Shown piece by piece: positions 31,552 to 34,852 of a stretch of 34,852 nt of DNA. Position 1 is the stretch's first letter; the number at the start of each line of letters is the position of its first letter. This DNA comes from Catajapyx aquilonaris (Eukaryota): NCBI GenBank assembly GCA_000934665.2, contig JYFJ02004083.1:1-34852 (forward strand). The letters are read 5' to 3'. Under the pieces are notes generated by a model that worked only from the letters and a program-made list of their open reading frames with translations, made no database searches and was not told the DNA's origin. The position numbers were made by a program, and so were the translations under genes.

Positions 31552-32691
31552 ATGACGGGAGCATTAGGGCCAGACGACCACTTCAACAGGAAGCTCGTTC
31601 TTGATGTCATGGTCAAGGTGTTTTCCTATCTGAGCACGAAGGAGAAGCTGATGGTCATTCCACAAGTCTGCAAGCAATGGGCAGTAGTAGTCCAAAATGA
31701 CTCCAGGCTGTGGACCGCGATGGAGGTGTGGGACGACATACCCGTAGACACGTGCGTCGCTCAGCTGATCAAGTCACCGTCGTTGAAAATCCTAAAGTTG
31801 GGGAGGATCCGCCAACGTTGCGACGACATTTTGGAAGCTGTGGCCACTCACTGCCCGGACCTGGAGGAACTCATCTTGGGTGAATGCACCGCAAAAGAAG
31901 AAACCTTCGAATCCTTGGTCGTGTCCTGCACTGAGCTAAAGTCGTGTGAACTGATAATTTGCGAAGTCTCTTTGGGAAGGGGTCTGCTCTCCGTCTTTTC
32001 TCCCTGCCCCCACTTGCAGAAGTTAACCTTAATGCTGTTCTCTCCTTCACCTACTCATGCTCCAGGTATCCCTTGGAATTACCCATCTCTGAAAGAGCTC
32101 TCTGTCTTAAAAATGTCTGATGACATAAAGATGCAAGTCCTGACCAGAATTGGACCCCAGCTAGAGGAACTGCATGTGGACCATCTGAAAGAACGTGAAA
32201 CGTGGCTGTTGGCTAATTGCCAGCGGCTGCAAGGGCTGCAGATGGAGTTAGCGTGTGAGGTGAGCAACGAATGCCTGCTTGGTGCAGTCGGAATGCTGAC
32301 CAACCTGCGTGACCTGAAACTGCAAGGCTGTTACCGCTTGACCCATGAGGGACTGCGTCACTTCCTGGCCAGAAAAGAAGTCGTTGGTCGTCTGGAGAAT
32401 CTGAACCTGGATGGCGCCACCATATCCGAAGCATGTCTGCGTCTCATTGCAGACAACTGCCCTGCTCTTCGCACACTCCACATCAATTACAATCCAGGAA
32501 TCAGCCTGGATTTCTTCCGAGATTTCATATCGGGATGGCTGCTGATGGATCCCCGCCGATTGATGTATGTCTGCTCTCATGGCAATAAGTTGCCCCAGCA
32601 CTTTGTGGACTGGTGCAAGGAGAAAGAAGGCCTAAAGTTATGCCCGCCGTGCGTTTTGGTGTTGAGTTGGACATTGCGTATGATGTATTAG
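31552..32691 (+). CDS. F-box/LRR-repeat protein, paralog 4, 379 aa; inverted paralog of FBXL1
   Basis: F-box (DVMVKVFSYLSTKEKLMVIPQVCKQWAVVVQNDSRLW) plus LRRs. It is closest to FBXL1 (RCDDIL.AVATHCP.LEEL; I.LDFFRDFIS.W). Confidence 0.9.
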   Translation: MTGALGPDDHFNRKLVLDVMVKVFSYLSTKEKLMVIPQVCKQWAVVVQNDSRLWTAMEVWDDIPVDTCVAQLIKSPSLKILKLGRIRQRCDDILEAVATHCPDLEELILGECTAKEETFESLVVSCTELKSCELIICEVSLGRGLLSVFSPCPHLQKLTLMLFSPSPTHAPGIPWNYPSLKELSVLKMSDDIKMQVLTRIGPQLEELHVDHLKERETWLLANCQRLQGLQMELACEVSNECLLGAVGMLTNLRDLKLQGCYRLTHEGLRHFLARKEVVGRLENLNLDGATISEACLRLIADNCPALRTLHINYNPGISLDFFRDFISGWLLMDPRRLMYVCSHGNKLPQHFVDWCKEKEGLKLCPPCVLVLSWTLRMMY

Positions 32692-32708
32692 GGAAATAAC
32701 AGTGGGGA

Positions 32709-33568
32709 CTGTTAAACAATTTGCAATGAAATGTCACCCTGGGGAAGTTGTATTCAGATATGATACTGCTCCACATTATTACTTGATGGGAAGTGTGGAC
32801 AACAAAATGTCCACAACTGTGTGATAATGTCATGGTCTTTTTCAGCATTATATTATGGTATACAGTATACTCATTGCACTCAGACTTGGACTCTGTAGGT
32901 GGTAAAGTGTAGGCCTACTGCAGGAAAATTTAAGATTATGTTGCACATTTTTAAATTCACCATGGCAAAAGCCAGTCGTCGCATCGGGTGCAATAAAATC
33001 AAAATTATAATCTGCACTCTTTATTTTCTTTGCAATGTATTTTTTGTACCTGCAAGATTCCAAGTTAGAGTGATTCGGAGAGTTACACTTTTTAAGTATG
33101 TTGTAAGGTAATTGATTATAATATTCAGCACCATACACATACCTTTCAGCTGATAGGAAGGCATGAAATGCAGAAGTATTGTTCTTTGCTCCAATACGAC
33201 TTCTACAGTGATGTGGCTCGAAAGTTGGAACACAGGTAATTGGATTGTATTGCTGGTTTCTAGTTGTGCCAACTGGCAGATTGTTCGGTGTCAGCAAAGG
33301 TTGAGTTGACACAGTTTGGAGTTGGCATAACTGGCAACCACCAATACGATCCAATTACCTGCGTCCGGACTTGAGTGTCACACTGTAGTACAATATTATA
33401 ATTATGCAATAAGTGGCTGGTATTTTCTGGGGTCCAGCATTTAGCTTTTCTTCTGGAGCACTCACTACATATTAAAATATTCGTTTAAATTTTCTGTAAC
33501 TTTATTATTTTTTAAAATTACACTAGATATTGGCACTATCATTTAAATCAAGGTTTTGAATTTTCTCC
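32709..33568 (+). repeat. 3' flank homologous (inverted) to the FBXL1 3' flank (~510-855), interrupted by a ~0.55-kb indel
   Basis: 32709-32830 matches the reverse complement of ~720-855. 33401-33568 (ATTATGCAATA..GCTGGT..TGGGGTCCAGCA..TTTAAATTTTCT) matches the reverse complement of ~510-682. Confidence 0.75.
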
Positions 33569-34248
33569 CATGTTATTTTGTAGAACCCACGTTTCTGACT
33601 ATTACATTATTGTTGGTAATTCCAAAGTCATAGAAACATTAAACAGACTTTGGTGGTAATCATTCCTTTTTTGTTATGTGGAACTGAAATGTGATATTTA
33701 TGCAGATGTACTGTACGTAAGCAAAATTATTATTAGTCTGATGATGTTCATACAGTACTGTTATCATTTAGAAATAGTGTCTTTCAGCAGGAAGAAATCC
33801 ACCAAATGTGTCACACGCTACAAATAGATGTTTCATGTGATCTAATAAAATGTCAGAAAAGATAAACCCGGAAATTTAATTACGTTTCAACATTGTGCGG
33901 ATGGTTCACCGTAGTTCGGAATTTTTGGTTGAGTGGGAGGGAGTAATCTGACTGGGGCTTTGATTTTTTCTCAGAAGGACCCTCATCACTGTCAGAAATT
34001 AGTACCGGTCCTCATTTTAGGCATTTGAAGAAGATGAATGCCTCATGCGTTCTGGTACACTGTTTGCATGTGCATCCATTCGAGAAAAATATGCGAATAG
34101 TTTCAGCGTCTAATAACGATCTTATCATTTTTTTGTTTCTTAGTACCTGACGATAAATGTAGCCCTGCATGCTATTGAACGAGCCGAGCCCTGGCCGAGC
34201 CTCCGATCAGGTGCCAGTTATTGTTATGAACCACGTGCAAATCCGCGG

Positions 34249-34402
34249 TATTTTTTTATTAGAGAAGTTTCACAAACATGTGGGGGGTTTCCCCGCCCGT
34301 TGAGCCTGGCCAATTACAGCATGAAGATAAGGCTCCGAAGGGAATAAGGCAACGCTGGAGCAGATGTGGACAATCCCTCCGGACTTGCTGTCTCCTGTGC
34401 CA
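34249..34402 (-). mobile_element. Non-LTR retroposon 3' end, family copy D (short, 5'-truncated)
   Basis: It is a direct match to 29875-30014 and ends in AATAAAAAAA on the - strand. Confidence 0.75.
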
Positions 34403-34792
34403 TGCCCAGGGGGGTGCAACTCAGATAGGGGGAATTATTCCACGTTTATGGTTGGTTTCACCAAAACTAGAGGCGCTGCTAGTACGATACCAGATGAAGC
34501 GGATGTAATAAATAAACATATAATTAGGATTTAATACAATGCATTACGTAGTAAAGTTATGCTAAAACCTAATAAAATATGTAAATTTGTAAACTGTTAG
34601 CATAGTTCATAAGATACCCTTGACGTCACAAGTCACCTGTCACATCTGCCTGCCACTTTCAAATTTTGGTCAAATTTCTTGGAAATATGCCAGAAACCAG
34701 TAGGACCAGTTGGACCCACAGGGTTTCAACGGATCTTTGAAGAAAGGAACCTGCCCAGTGCACAGCAGTCTCTTTCTTCAGCAGAAGAAGTC

Positions 34793-34852
34793 ATGCCCAA
34801 AAAGATCCCATCTAGGCACGTGTGCTATCTGAAAGGATGCAAAAACAACGAC
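34793..34852 (+). CDS. Start of a possible THAP zinc-finger ORF, running off the window
   Basis: MPKKIPSRHVCYLKGCKNND fits the THAP N-terminal M..CxxxxCxN pattern, but only 20 codons are visible. Confidence 0.35.
   Translation, partial: MPKKIPSRHVCYLKGCKNND

Noticed and set aside
1091..32848. Many short ORFs overlapping the F-box and IR genes on other frames or strands, some recurring between paralogs
   Set aside because: They are shadow ORFs. Their recurrence follows from the DNA identity of the duplicates.
32848..33354. 168-aa minus-strand ORF downstream of FBXL4
   Set aside because: It has a non-ATG start and no recognisable motif, and it lies in the indel that interrupts the FBXL1/FBXL4 flank homology, so it is probably an inserted repeat.
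1..34852. A prokaryotic or viral defence-type system
   Set aside because: Spliceosomal introns, arthropod chemoreceptors, low coding density and eukaryotic TEs show this is animal nuclear DNA.

Overview
This is eukaryotic, very probably arthropod, genomic DNA, judged from GT-AG introns and insect-type gustatory and ionotropic receptors. It is not prokaryotic: no operons, rRNA, tRNA or CRISPR were seen. The window is a fast-evolving mixed gene cluster. It holds four F-box/leucine-rich-repeat (FBXL-like) paralogs, each with a single coding exon, plus a fifth decayed fragment. These are interleaved with three intact intronless divergent ionotropic receptor (IR) genes, one internally deleted IR pseudogene and one three-exon gustatory receptor (GR). 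The gene order is FBXL1(-) IR1(+) [EnSpm] IR2(+) GR(-) FBXL2(-) FBXL3(-) psiFBXL(+) IR3(+) psiIR(-) FBXL4(+), which gives three head-to-head F-box/IR arrangements. IR1 and IR2 are a recent ~2.9-kb tandem duplication separated by a decayed EnSpm/CACTA-type transposon that carries a nested palindromic MITE. The IR paralogs show patchwork identity suggestive of gene conversion. Other mobile DNA includes a P-like MITE with a 7-bp TSD, four copies of a retroposon 3' end with a conserved predicted RNA structure, and several weaker TE remnants. All calls come from reading the sequence and recalled family motifs; no database searches were run.
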